A DNA stretch of 64,000 bases from Emiliania huxleyi CCMP1516 (lineage: Eukaryota), in assembly GCF_000372725.1 (NCBI RefSeq), contig NW_005202237.1:186001-250000 (forward strand). Direction: 5' to 3'. The translations under genes were made by a program, and so were the position numbers. This document shows positions 44,943 through 56,861 of this stretch, in pieces (the stretch's first letter is position 1; the number at the start of each line of letters is the position of its first letter). Under the pieces are notes generated by a model. The model was not told the DNA's origin. It made no database searches and saw only the letters and a program-made list of their open reading frames with translations.

Positions 44943-45092
44943 AAATACCAAACCCACTTGATCGCGTGTGAGGTGCGAACTCTGAGCATCTGAGCGGAGC
45001 GGGGCGGGGTGCGGAGCCGTGGTGTCCTAAAAAGTGACAGATTGACAAAGAATGGGCGCCTGCGGGGTGTTGGACCTCTGATACCTTACTCC

Positions 45093-46442
45093 TCAGACCC
45101 GCAGCGGGACCCTTTTTCTGAACGACAGCCTGTCCATTGCGCTGGCAGAAGCCTCGCGGATCAGTGGGGTCGGGCGACGATTTGCCTGGCAGGGCGGGGA
45201 TTCCGACACAGGAGGTGGTAGAGGCAGCATCGGCAGCGGGCTGCCCGGCGCTGAAGGCGGCACGGAGAGCCCGGCTTCATTGGGGTGCGGCGCGCGCTCT
45301 ATCTCTGAGATCTGGTTTCGGTAGAGCGTGTAGCCCGAGGTGAGCTTCTTGGCAGCGGCGCGTGCCTTTGCCTCCTCGGCATATGCAGGGTGCTTGACGG
45401 GTCCATCGGAAGAGTGCTCGACCAACACATAGGTGACCTGCACCTCTTTGAAGCCCTTGTCCGCACCTGCAGCTGGGCCCGCGTCCAAGCTTGAGCCCGC
45501 GCCGTGGCTCGTGCCCGTGCCGCCGACGCCACCTCTGCTCTCCGCTGGAGCATTGGCCCTCTCCGCCTTTTCTTGCATGTCCCGAAAGATCCCGTTCAGC
45601 TCTTGCACGCCGTACACAGAGGTCGGGTACGTCTCTTTCATCCCGGCCACAAACTCATCCATCGACACCCGACCGTCGCCCACTCCGTCAGGGACGTCCA
45701 TCCAGTCAAAGGTCGCTTCGCCGAGGCCGAGGCTACCCCTGAGCTCTTTCGGATTCAGCCGCCCGTCTCCGTTGCTGTCGCACGCCTTGAAGATCTGCTG
45801 AAGCTTGTCCCTCACCGGATCGTCCAAGGACATGTCCATGTCGGTCACTGACGACCGACTGCTGTGACCAAAGTTGAAGGAGGAAGATTTTGTTGCATAG
45901 GGGCGCCTCGGAGCTTGCGCTACGGTTGCTGGCTTCTTCCGTTTTGCGAGCTCCTTCAGCTTCTTGACGACGTGGACAAACGTGTCGTCATCCCACAGCG
46001 CAAACAGCTTGCTGCAGTACGGCACAAACTCGTATCGCTGTATCGTGTCGATCAGGTCACAGCTATCCATCTTGTACTCTGCCATCACCTTGAAGTCTTC
46101 CTCCATCCTCTCCTTATTGTTCTCGCCCCAGCAAGTGTAGACGGCGCAAAACTCTTCGAGCTTAATGTTGCCGTCATCATTGAAGTCGATCTCATCAAAC
46201 AACCCGATAAGCATGATCTCACGCTTCCCCTCCTCCAAGACGTGACCCTTTCGGGGCACACCTCCGAAGGTCGTGGTGCCAGCTCGCGCCATGCTAAAAG
46301 CGCTCGCCGCGTCAATCTCGACCATGGGCAACTTGACCGACTTTGACCCCTCGCCGTATCGGCGCGAAGATGTCTCGGCTCCGCTTTTTCGACTCGATCT
46401 CTCTGCGGACATGCCTTTCCCCATAGCTAGGTGCCGCCCCAT
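45093..46442 (-). CDS. EF-hand calcium-binding protein
   Basis: EF loops DFNDDGNIKLEEF, DSNGDGRLNPKEL and GDGRVSMDEF in a 449-aa ORF. Confidence 0.8.
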   Translation of the reverse strand: MGRHLAMGKGMSAERSSRKSGAETSSRRYGEGSKSVKLPMVEIDAASAFSMARAGTTTFGGVPRKGHVLEEGKREIMLIGLFDEIDFNDDGNIKLEEFCAVYTCWGENNKERMEEDFKVMAEYKMDSCDLIDTIQRYEFVPYCSKLFALWDDDTFVHVVKKLKELAKRKKPATVAQAPRRPYATKSSSFNFGHSSRSSVTDMDMSLDDPVRDKLQQIFKACDSNGDGRLNPKELRGSLGLGEATFDWMDVPDGVGDGRVSMDEFVAGMKETYPTSVYGVQELNGIFRDMQEKAERANAPAESRGGVGGTGTSHGAGSSLDAGPAAGADKGFKEVQVTYVLVEHSSDGPVKHPAYAEEAKARAAAKKLTSGYTLYRNQISEIERAPHPNEAGLSVPPSAPGSPLPMLPLPPPVSESPPCQANRRPTPLIREASASAMDRLSFRKRVPLRV

Positions 46443-46549
46443 GCACTGAACACTGCCCCGATATCGGCTGTCCCGTCCACGGCCCGCATGCAGTGTGTTC
46501 GCGTTTCGCCGTTTTGGGCCATTTCACTCTTTGATTCATCGACCGATCC

Positions 46550-47622
46550 ATGGGCCGGCGTACGAGTGGCCCCCCGTCGAGCGTCTGGAGGAAGCGCATC
46601 CTGATCGGCGCAGTGGTTGCGGGGGCGCTCCTCGTTGCTTTATTGTACTCGAGGAAGCAGCAGGGCGGCTTCATGGAGTGCGGCAGCAGCGTGGCGCTCT
46701 GCGGCGTCCTGACCCTTTCATCAGGCCTCGGGCCCGGCAAATATGGCCTCGGGCCGGGACTCCACGGCCTGTGGCCAGAGAATGGGGATTACGGCTCGAG
46801 CGCATGCGTGAGGCCCGAAAGCCAATTGCCACCGACCGAGGCGCTCCATTGCTGCAACGCAGCCGCGCCCATCGCGCCCCTCTGACTCTGCAATGCTGGC
46901 GCGTCAGGTGTACACCTGCTACGAGAAGCCGGGCGAGACGGAGGCGGAGATCCTCGACTTTCAGGAGCACGAGTTCACCAAGCATGGCGCGTGCGCTGGC
47001 GTTGACTCTGCTGACGACTACTTCACGCAGGCACGTTTACTCCCACGGATGAATCTGATGTGCAGCCATCTGCTTCGCCTCACGCCTTCGCATGGATCGC
47101 TGCAGGCATGCGGCTTGGCAAGCGGGCCGCTTGGTCTCATCCGCACGGCGCGCGTTGGAGGGATGACACTCATCGAGGTGGCGGCGCAGACAGATCGCCC
47201 TATTCGTTGCCCATCACTGACGACCCTCACCCTCACCAGCACATCCCAGCACGACCCCACACCATCCGCTGACCCCGTTGGTCACGCCCTCCCCGCAGCC
47301 CGTCCTCCTCGCCGCCGGATACCCGGTGTGGGAGGTGGACAGCGAGCACGCGGAGGTGCAACTGTCCGCTTGCGCGAAGCCGAGCGGCGAGTGGGTGCTC
47401 GCCCGCCAACGGGACTTTGAGAAGACTTGCGGCGCGCCCAGCCTCGAGGAGCAGGAGGCGGAGCTGGTCGGCGAGGAGATGGACCTCATCCACCTCCTCG
47501 AGAGCCGCACTTGCGTCCCCGGCGAAAGAGGCCCGCCCTGTTCTGCCGACGCCGACTGCGGCAGCAAGCCCAACTGTGTGCGCTGCGCAAGATCCGGCTT
47601 CTGCACCGATCAAGTTTTGTGA
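46550..47622 (+). CDS. Ribonuclease T2 family protein with N-terminal membrane anchor and C-terminal Cys-rich module; multi-exon
   Basis: CAS-I LHGLWP and CAS-II EHEFTKHGAC, plus DDYF. GC-AG intron at ~46841-46907. Confidence 0.85.
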
Positions 47623-48117
47623 ACGTTTGTGAGGTACCTTCGGCGTAGTACGTAGATGCATATCCCGATGGCGGGACCGACCCGTGTGATGAATGAAAAA
47701 TGCCGCCAGGCTGCCGCCCGCACACACACAACACCAACACAGCGGAAATAAGCAACCCTGTCTGCAGTTCGCCGGCTCCTGGGGGTGTATGTTCGTAAGA
47801 GCCAGCACACAGACTCACACAAACAAAAGACACACGAATGGCGTTGTTGTGTGTGTTTGTGCCAGTGGTGCGCTCCGCCAGTCCCGTGCCCAGTGTTGTG
47901 CGCGAGGGAAGTTCGCTGCCTATTCTTCGCCCCCCCGTTGTACTGTGTTGTATTATACAAAAAGAAAGAAAGAAATCACCGAATTCTTTTGGCTCATAGG
48001 TGATTCTCACGTGTGAGCAATACCGACGGCGCCGACGATAGGCGCCGACGACCTGGGCCTCAAGAGGTCTCCCATTCCGGCCCACGGCTCGACATACACA
48101 CACTGACCCTCCCAGGA

Positions 48118-51100
48118 ATGGAGGAGCACGAGCGGCTGCCTGCTGAACTCGCGAGCCAGGTGGAGAGCCTCTTCGTGTCGCAGCCGGAGGCGGATGTGTC
48201 TGCGGCCGTGGAGACACTCTTCCAGGTGGAGAGGGCAATCTCCACGGATGAGCTCTCGGGAGCCATCTCTCCACAGGATGCAGCCCGGGCGCGAGGGATC
48301 ATGCACGACCCGGATGCTCTGTTCGGGTACGTGCGCGCGTCCGAGTGCCGCGCTGATGCGGCCGCGATGCTCGTCCTCGCGTCTGCTCACGGCGAGGACG
48401 ACGGCGCCACCCACGCCCCTGCCGGCGGCGCTCACGTCTTCGAAGGCGACGGCGACGAGTCCCCGCTGCACGCCCTGTCCGAGGTCACTGGCCTTGCGCC
48501 CGAGGAGGCGATCGTGCTGCTCGAGGCGGCAGGGGGCGACCTCTCCGCGGCCGTCAGCCTGCACATCGAGAACGGCGAGGCCGACGCGGAGCTCCGCCGC
48601 CGCCAGGTCGGCTCGGGGCAGGGTTCGGGGCCCGGCCTTGGGCCAGGAGGAGGCCGACGGTTCGCTCCGCCGCCGCCACAGGCGAGGCAGGCGGACGAGG
48701 AGCGGCAAGCGTCTGCCGCAGCAGAGGTCGCCGCCGCGCAAGCGTCGCAGGCTGCGGAGCGCGGCGAGCCGCCTCCTCCAGGCGAGGCGGCGGGCCCGAG
48801 CCCTGCCTCTGCCCGGGGAGCCTCTGCCCGGGGGGCCGCACCCGCCGCGCGAGCGAGGCGGAGGCTGCCTGCGAGGGCCCGCGCCTCGGAGGAGCCTGCG
48901 CCGCGGCACGCGGAGGCGGGCGAGGTGGAGAGGCTGAGGGCGAGGGCCGTCCTCGAGCTGGCGCCGCTGCTCTGGCAGCTCAAGGCGTCGGACGCGCCAG
49001 TCGGCAGCCGCGACCTCGCCGCCGCCGCCGCCGGCTCCTTCGTGCTCGCTGGCCGGGGCGACCCGCGCGCAAACATAGGCTTCCTTCGCGAGTACCTCGA
49101 GTTTTGGCTGGCGCGACGCTCCCCCTCTGCCCGGATCGCCCTGCCCTCCTCCCTCGCCCGTCACCACGCCCGTCACTCCGCCCCCCGCCCCCTCGCCCTC
49201 GCGCAGGTGCCGCCCGCCCCCTCTCTCGCCCCCTCCCTCCGCTCCCCGCTAGAGATCACGCCCGCGCACTTCGAGCCGTTCGCCCTCGACGGCCCGCTCC
49301 TCTCTGGCGCCGGCCACGCCCGCCCGGACGGCCCCGGCCGCGGTGCGCCCGCCGCCGCCGCAGCTCGCCGCCGAACCGCCTTGAGGAGTGCGCCCTCTCG
49401 GGTCAGGCGCCCCGCTGCTGCTGCTGCACCTCGCCCTGCTCGACCCGAGCGCGAGCTGGTACGGCCGCGAGGCGCTGCGCTGTGCAGCCATCTGGAGCAC
49501 CGAGCGCACGCTGTACGAGGTGCGTGGGGAGAGAGCCCACCCTCGCCCCGTCCTTGAGTGCGGAGAAGCCCCACCCCCAACCTTCTCCTGCGCGAGGCGG
49601 CGCCTTCCGCGCCGGACGAGCTGCTCCTCGTCGTCAACTGTCGCGGCTTCGGCTGGCGCAACTTCGACCAGGCGGCCCTCGTCGAGCTCTTCTGGCTCCT
49701 CTTCAAGTGGCCACCTCCTGCCTCGCCCCTCGCCCCCTGCCCCTCTCCCTCCCCCCCCTCCCCCCCAAACCCCTCGCCCCCCTCGCGCCCCCCTCGCCCC
49801 TCGCCCCTCCCCCGCAGGACGTACCCCTCCTCCCTCGTCTCCGTCCTCCTCCTCCACGCGCCCCTCGCCTTCCACGCTGCGTGGCGCATCCTGCGCGCGC
49901 TGCTGCCGCCGCCGCTGCAGCCGCTCTTCCTCTTCGTCGGCGCGGGAAGCGGCCCGCGAGGCGCGCGCACAAAGCTACGTCGTAGAGCCTTGCACGGCGC
50001 TGCAGACTTGAACCGCCTCCGCTGCCAAACCACACACCGTCCTCTCTCCCTTCGCCCAGGGATCGAGACGTGGGTGGCGCCGGAGCTGCTGCCGTCGATC
50101 GAGGTTGCGACGCCGCTCCGCACCTCGCCCCTCTCCTCCTCGCTCGAACGCTACCGCGGGGTGCGCGCCGCGCGCCTCCCGCGTGCCTCCCCACACCCGC
50201 ACAAGTGACTCCCCACACCCGCACAAGTCGTCATGCCCGCCCACCGCCCGCCCGCACACACGCCGCCGATAGAGATGGTCCCACTGCGTACGTCTCGCGC
50301 CCACGCCCACACACACACGCCCACACACACACCTCCACCCACCCACCCCCACACACTTCGACCTGCTCGACAACCCGCAGGTGAGCGTCGCCGAGCTGCG
50401 GAGGGCGCGGGGATGCTCGAGCGACGATTTGCCGTCCCCGCCCTCCTCGCCGCCCACTGCGCCGCCGCCCGCCTCGCCGCCCGATTTCATGGAGGCGCTC
50501 GCCGCCGCCGCCGCCCGGATGGATGGCGGCGGGGCCCTCGCGGCAGACGGCTGCTCCGCGGCGGCTGAGATCCGCGCCTCCGCCTCTCCGCTGAACGAGC
50601 CGGCGCAGGCGACTGCGCCGCCGCCCAACCTGACGGCGCGCGGCTGCGAGCGAGAGCGAGTAGAGCGAGAGCGATCCCGTCAGTCCAGCCGAGGCGCACT
50701 CGAGGCGCCACCCCCCCCCCCCCCCGCGGCTAGGCGCGCTACGCGGAGAAGCTCATCGGCCGAGCAGGGCGCGCGAGGGGCGAGGGGCGGGCGGCGAGGG
50801 GCGACGCCTCGTCGAGCGTGCGGCAGGCGCCCGCCACGCCGGGCGGAGGCGGCGCGGGAGCGGGTGGGAGGGAGGGCGGCGGCGCGGAGGGGAAGGCGGA
50901 GGCGCTGGAGGCGGAGTATGTCTCGTGCGGTGACCCGGCGGTCCTGCTGCCGCTCGCTGCGGCTCACGTGTCGCTGGGGCACAAGACGGTGGGGGAGGAG
51001 CTCTACCGGAGGCTGCTCTGCGACGAGCGGTGCCCCTCCCCCCTTCCCCCGCTTCCGCCTCTCCCACCCCTCTCCCCGCCCTGACTTGCCTCCGACCTTG

Positions 51101-51383
51101 ACCCCTCCCCGCCCCTTTCCTCGGAAGCCCGAAGCAGCCTCAGCCATGAGCTTGACATGGCAGCGCCAGCCGCTTGGACCCAGCCCCCAGCACGAGCAAG
51201 GCCTCGGACCCCCCCCCCCCCCCCCTGCTCCCCAGGTGCGCTCCCGCCTCTGAGCTCAAGGCGCTCGAGCTGCGCGAGGCGGCGCGGAGAGGTCTCGAGG
51301 GTCTTGGGCGTGTCTCCAAGTCCGCGCCGCTCTCGCCGGCCTCGTCGCCAGCGCCGTGCCGCTTGCCGTCGCGACCGCCGTAG
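48118..51383 (+). CDS. UBA-like plus CRAL-TRIO (Sec14)-like domain protein; multi-exon
   Basis: UBA-like LSEVTGLAPEEAIVLLEAAGGDLSAAVSLH. CRAL-TRIO-like LLVVNCRGFGWRNFD...YPSSLVSVLLLHAPLAFHAAWRILRALLP...FLFV. Exon structure is approximate. Confidence 0.65.
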
Positions 51384-51991
51384 GCTGGGGTGGTGCCCGG
51401 GCTGCGCCAATTTGTCCGACGACGTCTGTCCCTGCAGTATGGGGAGGCGGGCGGTTGGAGATTGCTGATGGAGTGAATGTATGCGATGCGTCTTTTGTCG
51501 TTGAGACAAGAGAGATGCTCTGCTCTGTGCGCGTGTGATCCCCGTGTCCGTGTGTGCATGTATCTCGGTGCACGACCGGCTTTCTCCTCATCCACGCGGC
51601 GGCACACACGTTTGCACAATATATTTCTCGAAAGACGAGTGGTTAGAACAGGAATAACGTCCAACGTGAACGAAAACACATGTCAAATGTCATCCGTAAA
51701 TCCCATCTCGTCTCAGAGTTTGACTGTTTTATTCACATTTATTTAATAAAAACGATCACCGCATGATCACACAGAGCTTTCTCCCGAACGGCCGAAGAGA
51801 TTCCAACCCCCGCTCGCAGTGTATGGCTCTACACAATCACATCTCTCCCCAATCTAATCACAGCTGCGCCTACTTCCCCCTCTTAAAACGACTACCGACT
51901 CTTCACGCGTGTGCCGGAACGAAGCGTTGTAGATGGAGATGTGGTCGTCCTGCCTGGGCCCAGGGGTGGTTGACCCGCCCCCGGGGCCTCA

Positions 51992-52915
51992 TCACTCGTG
52001 GCCACGCAAATCGATCACGGGCAATCCGCCTGGCCCCGACGGCGCCTTTCGAACCGTGTACGAGAACTGCATCCACTTGTAGCCCCCGTCGCCAGCCGAC
52101 GGGTGCGACGGCCGGAGTAGCTTCCCATACTCCTTTGGCTTGGCCTTTGCATAGTTGCGCAAATCCTCGAAGGATAGGTGGACAAAGGAGAAGGGCCCGC
52201 CGCTCTCCTTGGCGCGCCCCTTGGGAGGCGCGTAGCCCGTCACAGCGCTCAGCCACGAGCGGGCCTCGCCATAGAGCAGCAGCATCTCGCCCGGCCGTAG
52301 GGGTACCTCCAGGGCCTGCTCGTCCTTGCGACGAGTGTACTTGAAGCCCTCCGTGACGCTCGCAGCGTCGCCGAGGAGCACCAGCAGCTTGAGCCCGCCG
52401 TCGCCACCGTTGGCCCGCAGCTTGTCCGCGCTCCAGCCGCAGAGCGAGCTCGCTGGTCTGATTTGACGACCTCCCATGGTCTCGAAAGCGACTCGCACGC
52501 AGCAGGGCATGAATTCCTCCAGCTTCGCTTGCGCTGCCGCCGGGAGCGCCGGAGCGGCAGCTCGTATCGTGGCGAGAACGGCGGCGGCGGCACCAGACTC
52601 GTGCATGCTATCGTATGGGACCATGTGCCTGGCGAGGGAGCGGGGGGTGGTGTAGTTGGGAGGGGCGGTGGGGTACGAACTAGCAGATTCGAAATGCGCC
52701 TGCCATGCAAGCCGAGGCCCGACCAGTCGACCTCCGTCATACCTGCCGGCTGAAACGGAACGCCATTCGCCCCACGAACCCGCTCGCCTTCGCAGAGCCC
52801 ACCGCACACGCCCTGCGCGCCCGCCTGAAAGGACTCGCGCAGGAGCGCTCCTCGAGCGGGATGCCGTCGACCCTGTTCGCGCCGTCCACCGCTCCGCGGC
52901 CGTCGAAAGAGTTCG
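51992..52915 (-). CDS. AlkB-like (2OG-Fe(II) dioxygenase fold) domain lacking obvious His ligands; probably the 3' exons of the 52992-54125 gene
   Basis: FMPCCVRVAFE...SLCGWSAD...LLVLLGDA...FKY...VPLRPGEMLLLYGEARSWLSAV...VHLSF follows the AlkB strand order. Confidence 0.5.
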   Translation of the reverse strand, partial: RTLSTAAERWTARTGSTASRSRSAPARVLSGGRAGRVRWALRRRAGSWGEWRSVSAGRYDGGRLVGPRLAWQAHFESASSYPTAPPNYTTPRSLARHMVPYDSMHESGAAAAVLATIRAAAPALPAAAQAKLEEFMPCCVRVAFETMGGRQIRPASSLCGWSADKLRANGGDGGLKLLVLLGDAASVTEGFKYTRRKDEQALEVPLRPGEMLLLYGEARSWLSAVTGYAPPKGRAKESGGPFSFVHLSFEDLRNYAKAKPKEYGKLLRPSHPSAGDGGYKWMQFSYTVRKAPSGPGGLPVIDLRGHE

Positions 52916-52991
52916 TTTCGCCGCAATGAAGCCCCCCCCGTTGTAGTTAGGTTTCTACGAGGTGATCGCCTTGGATGAGCAATGCATACGC

Positions 52992-54125
52992 CTAGTTGGA
53001 CCTCAGATCGCCCGACCGACCGTCCGTCCGTGTTCCTTCCTGCAGCTGCGCCGGGAGGGTTCCGAGCCGGACGCATCCCTCGTCGATCTCGCTAACCTCC
53101 ATCCTCAGCGGCAGAACTGGCGCGAGGGAGGCGGGGACGGGCCGCGGCGAGGCAAGCACCATTACCTCTCCGTCAGGAGGCTCTCCGTAGGGAAGGGCCG
53201 AGTTCGCATCCATGTCGGGTGATGGCACTGTGATCGGCGGTGGCGTCGAATCCATGTCGGGTGATGGCACTGTGATCGGCGGTGGCGTCGAATCCATGTC
53301 GGGTGATGGCACTGTGATCGGCGGTGGCTCCATGTCGGGTGATGGCACTGTGATGGGCGGTGCGTCCACGGTGTCGGGCGTCTCCTCTTGCTGCATCTCC
53401 TCTCGAAGGGGCTGGACGCTGGCTGGCAACATTACCTCGTCGCGTAGGCCTTTCACCGCCTGGCGGAGCAACCCGTCAAAGTCACCCTCGCCGATTCTGA
53501 CGAGCTCCTCCTGTAGCTGAATCACTGCGCTCGCGTATGCTGCCCTCGCCTTCTTCATTGCCGCCTGGGACTCCACCCAGGCGGCGGATGCGGATCGCAC
53601 GCTGTCTGCCAGCTTCGTTGCTTGCTCGTAGTCTCGCGCGCCATTCACCTTCGGGGGCCGCTTCAGGTGCTCCTGGGCCAACTTCAATGCACAGGCACCA
53701 ATCTCCTCCCCACCCGAAGGTGTGGCTGCGTCACACGCCGCAAGCGCCTCGGAGAGAAGGCCGTCAAAATCGGCCTCTCCGGCAGCCGCGAGCTCCATCT
53801 GGAGGTTAAGTATGGCCTTGAGCCAGTTCTTCCCCTCCCCTCGCAGCTCGCGCTTGGCATCCCTTGCCGCCTTGCGCAGGCTCTGGCGCTTGGCCCCAAC
53901 GCAACGCCGCTTGTCCACTTCCCACCCCTTGATGTATTCCGGACTTTGGAGGTGCTTCTCGAGCGACCTTGCGAGCTTTGCCTTCGCGTCGGTCTCCATG
54001 GCCACCGCTCCCATCCTGGCGGCAGTGTCACGGGTGTCGGAAGCGCGTTCTTTGAAGTCGGTGAAACTTCCGCTGTCGGGCGATCTCGTGATTAGTAAAG
54101 GCCCTTGTGTAGCTCTTACGAACAT
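52992..54125 (-). CDS. Hypothetical helical protein exon containing a 14-aa tandem repeat
   Basis: Long open frame with repeated LQxELxxxGExDFDGLL and (PPPITVPSPDMDST)n encoded by a 42-bp repeat at 53209-53362. Confidence 0.6.
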   Translation of the reverse strand: MFVRATQGPLLITRSPDSGSFTDFKERASDTRDTAARMGAVAMETDAKAKLARSLEKHLQSPEYIKGWEVDKRRCVGAKRQSLRKAARDAKRELRGEGKNWLKAILNLQMELAAAGEADFDGLLSEALAACDAATPSGGEEIGACALKLAQEHLKRPPKVNGARDYEQATKLADSVRSASAAWVESQAAMKKARAAYASAVIQLQEELVRIGEGDFDGLLRQAVKGLRDEVMLPASVQPLREEMQQEETPDTVDAPPITVPSPDMEPPPITVPSPDMDSTPPPITVPSPDMDSTPPPITVPSPDMDANSALPYGEPPDGEVMVLASPRPVPASLAPVLPLRMEVSEIDEGCVRLGTLPAQLQEGTRTDGRSGDLRSN

Positions 54126-54152
54126 TCCCGAAGGAGGGCTGCTGACAGGGTT

Positions 54153-54254
<102 letters not shown>

Positions 54255-54515
54255 CAGAACAGGTGTGTATTCTTTTGCTTGTGTATGTGTATTCTTTGCC
54301 AGCTGATGCACACTCATGCAGTACACACTTACATGGGCACACTTACACCCACTCACAAACAGGCTACGCGGCGTGTGTGGTCGTGAAGGGGGCCATCGAC
54401 AACGAGAGATTCGAACTGGCCAAGCGTGTCATACTTGCCCTATTCGTCCGCACCGGCCTGGCAGGTGAACAAGTGAGTGCAAGTGCCAGTACAAGTAAGA
54501 GTGCAGGTACGGCTT

Positions 54516-54618
54516 GTGTGCGTGCGTGCGTGCGAGCAAGCGTGCGTGCGTGTGTGCGTGCGTGCGTGCGTGCATGCGTGCGTGCGTGTGTGTGTGCGTG
54601 TATGTGTGTGTGCGCCTG

Positions 54619-54650
<32 letters not shown>

Positions 54651-54667
54651 AGCGAGCGAGCGAGCGA

Positions 54668-54714
<47 letters not shown>

Positions 54715-54920
54715 TGTGTGCGTGTGCATGTGTGCATGTGTGGTGTGTGTGCGGGCGGGTGTGCGTGCGTGTGTGCGTGTGTGCGTGCGTGCGTGCGCGC
54801 GCGCGCGCGTGTGTGCGTGCGTGCGTGCGTGCGCGCGTGCGCGCGTGCGTGTGTGTGTGTGCATGTGTGCATGCGTGGCGTGTGTGCGGGCGGGCTGCAC
54901 ATGCGTGGTGTGTGTGTGTT
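54516..54920. repeat. (GTGC)n/(GT)n compound microsatellite
   Basis: Direct inspection. Confidence 0.95.
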
Positions 54921-55406
54921 TCTCGTTTATTGCAGGGTTCTGCAAAGGTTGTGCTCCCTCCGGACGAGGGCTTGCAGACAATCAGCGCAATGTCCTTAAG
55001 GACAGGTAGATCGTGACTCCCTCCAGAAGTCACGAGCCATGAGTCACGAGTCCTGAGCCTCGAATTGAGAGTAGTAAGAACTGGCACGGGCTGCAGATGC
55101 AGCGCTTGTCTGTCGTTCTCCACACCGCCGTGGCGTGGCAGACGGTGAACGAGCTAGCGTGCGGGGACAGCGGCATTGTGCACGGAGCTAAGTGCATTGC
55201 CGTTCTTAACGGAGTCGCTTAGGCGGCTCCGGTGGTGTGCCGGTGATAGTACTAGCACGCGCCAGTTCGCACCTGTGTCGAGCCTGTGTGCTGTGAGAGA
55301 GAGTTCTTTTGTTTAAATTCTCCTTCCCTTTTTTCTCGTTCTCACACGTGCGGCGTGCCGTTGCTTCAAGGCGGCTATGCCCCCGACACTCGAAGAAGCT
55401 TCCAGG

Positions 55407-56190
55407 AGGCCAAATATACTCTGCTTCCTCTTTGACGACTACGATGGTGTGAACATGAGCGTGTACCCAGGGGGGCTTGCAGCGGGCTCGCAACCCAACT
55501 TGGAGAGGGTAGCACGAGAGGGCCTCGTCTTTGATCGTGCATTCACGTAGTCCAACCCACTGTGTGCACCATCGCGATACAGTTTCCTCACAGGGCGATA
55601 TGGCACCTCTTGCTATAGCTCTGTCTGCCGTGGTGAAAGTGACTTCTCACCTCCAGCACATAATAGTAGCACCAAGTTTGGTGTGCCAAACCCATTACAC
55701 AAGGTCCAGGCTATGCCCAACCAGTTCAATGTCCCGCTTGAACACGACCGGTCGAACATCGGTGCACTTTTGGCGGATGCGGGCTATGCCACGGGCTTTA
55801 CAGGCAAGTTCCATGTTGGGCCCTTGTGGACGCAAGAGCAGCTGCTTGAGTACTCCAGCGCGAACCATAGCGACCGGTTAGGCATGAGCAATCTCTTCTG
55901 CCGGAATGAGCTGACTGCTCGGGAGATCATCCGGCGGACATACGGCTTCACCTGGGCGAAACATGTCTACGACCAGAATATGCGTCAGCCATTCGCAGAG
56001 CACAACCCGGACTGGACCCTCGCTGCGGCACACGAATTTCTTGAGGCACATCAGCAGCAGGCGTTTTATTTACACGTGTGCACTACCCTGATGCATGGGA
56101 CTCCAGGAAGTTGGGCGCGGGCGCTGGACTTTCCAGCCGTCTCGGGGGAGGGGCTTCTTGGTGAAAGCACGCTGCCGCGAAGATATAATG
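55407..56190 (+). pseudogene. Formylglycine-dependent sulfatase (S1) pseudogene
   Basis: RPNILCFLFDD, then a frameshift, then PNLERVAREGLVFDRAFT*SNPLCAPSRYSFLTGRY...AGYATGFTGKFH. In-frame TAG at 55548-55550 and C-terminal truncation. Confidence 0.85.
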
Positions 56191-56861
56191 TGACACCTTT
56201 AGGCACTTACGGACCGATCTATAGCTTGCTTTAGTTTACCGAACTTGTTTGTGGGTCGGTCCCGATTGTGCGTTGATTGTGGATTGAGTGTTACGGATCC
56301 CAAGACACATTTTATTAAGGTTTTCTGTGGTAGCACCTCCATCGGTCCGTGGCCCGAACGAAAGCTAGTTCCACTGCGCAAGATATGCTCAAAACCAACG
56401 ACACAGCACACAAAGAGTCAGCGAAGACGGTTGTTGTGGGGCGGCCAGCATGCCGGTAGGTAGGGTAGGTCTGGGCCCTCCCGTCGGGTTTTTCCCTCTC
56501 TTCACGCCGGAAGTTTCACAGGAAAAAAAGAAAAAATTCCGCCGAAATCACGATGTCAACCCTCCCCAAGTGGGTGATCTGGTGCTTGTAGGGCTTGAGA
56601 GTGGCCTGTCATGTCTCAGGAAGGACTGTGGTTGCAGGAGAGTACCACCAACCATCACTTTAGTTGGTATAGTACCCCACCTTCACCCGTCCCATGATTT
56701 CTTTTTTAGTTTCCCATAAGTAGGGTTGGTAGGTAGGTAGGTAGGTAGGGGCACCGCAGGGGCCGGTCGGGTTTTTGCAGAATTTCAGCATGCTGGCCGC
56801 CCAAGCAAAAAGAATACACACCCGCCAGAACGGCGTAAGCGAGAGAAAGGACGCACGTCGA

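Noticed and set aside
51780..51890. tRNA or tRNA-derived SINE on minus strand (GGTTGGAATCTC B-box-like)
   Set aside because: No cloverleaf can be built and the box matches are imperfect.
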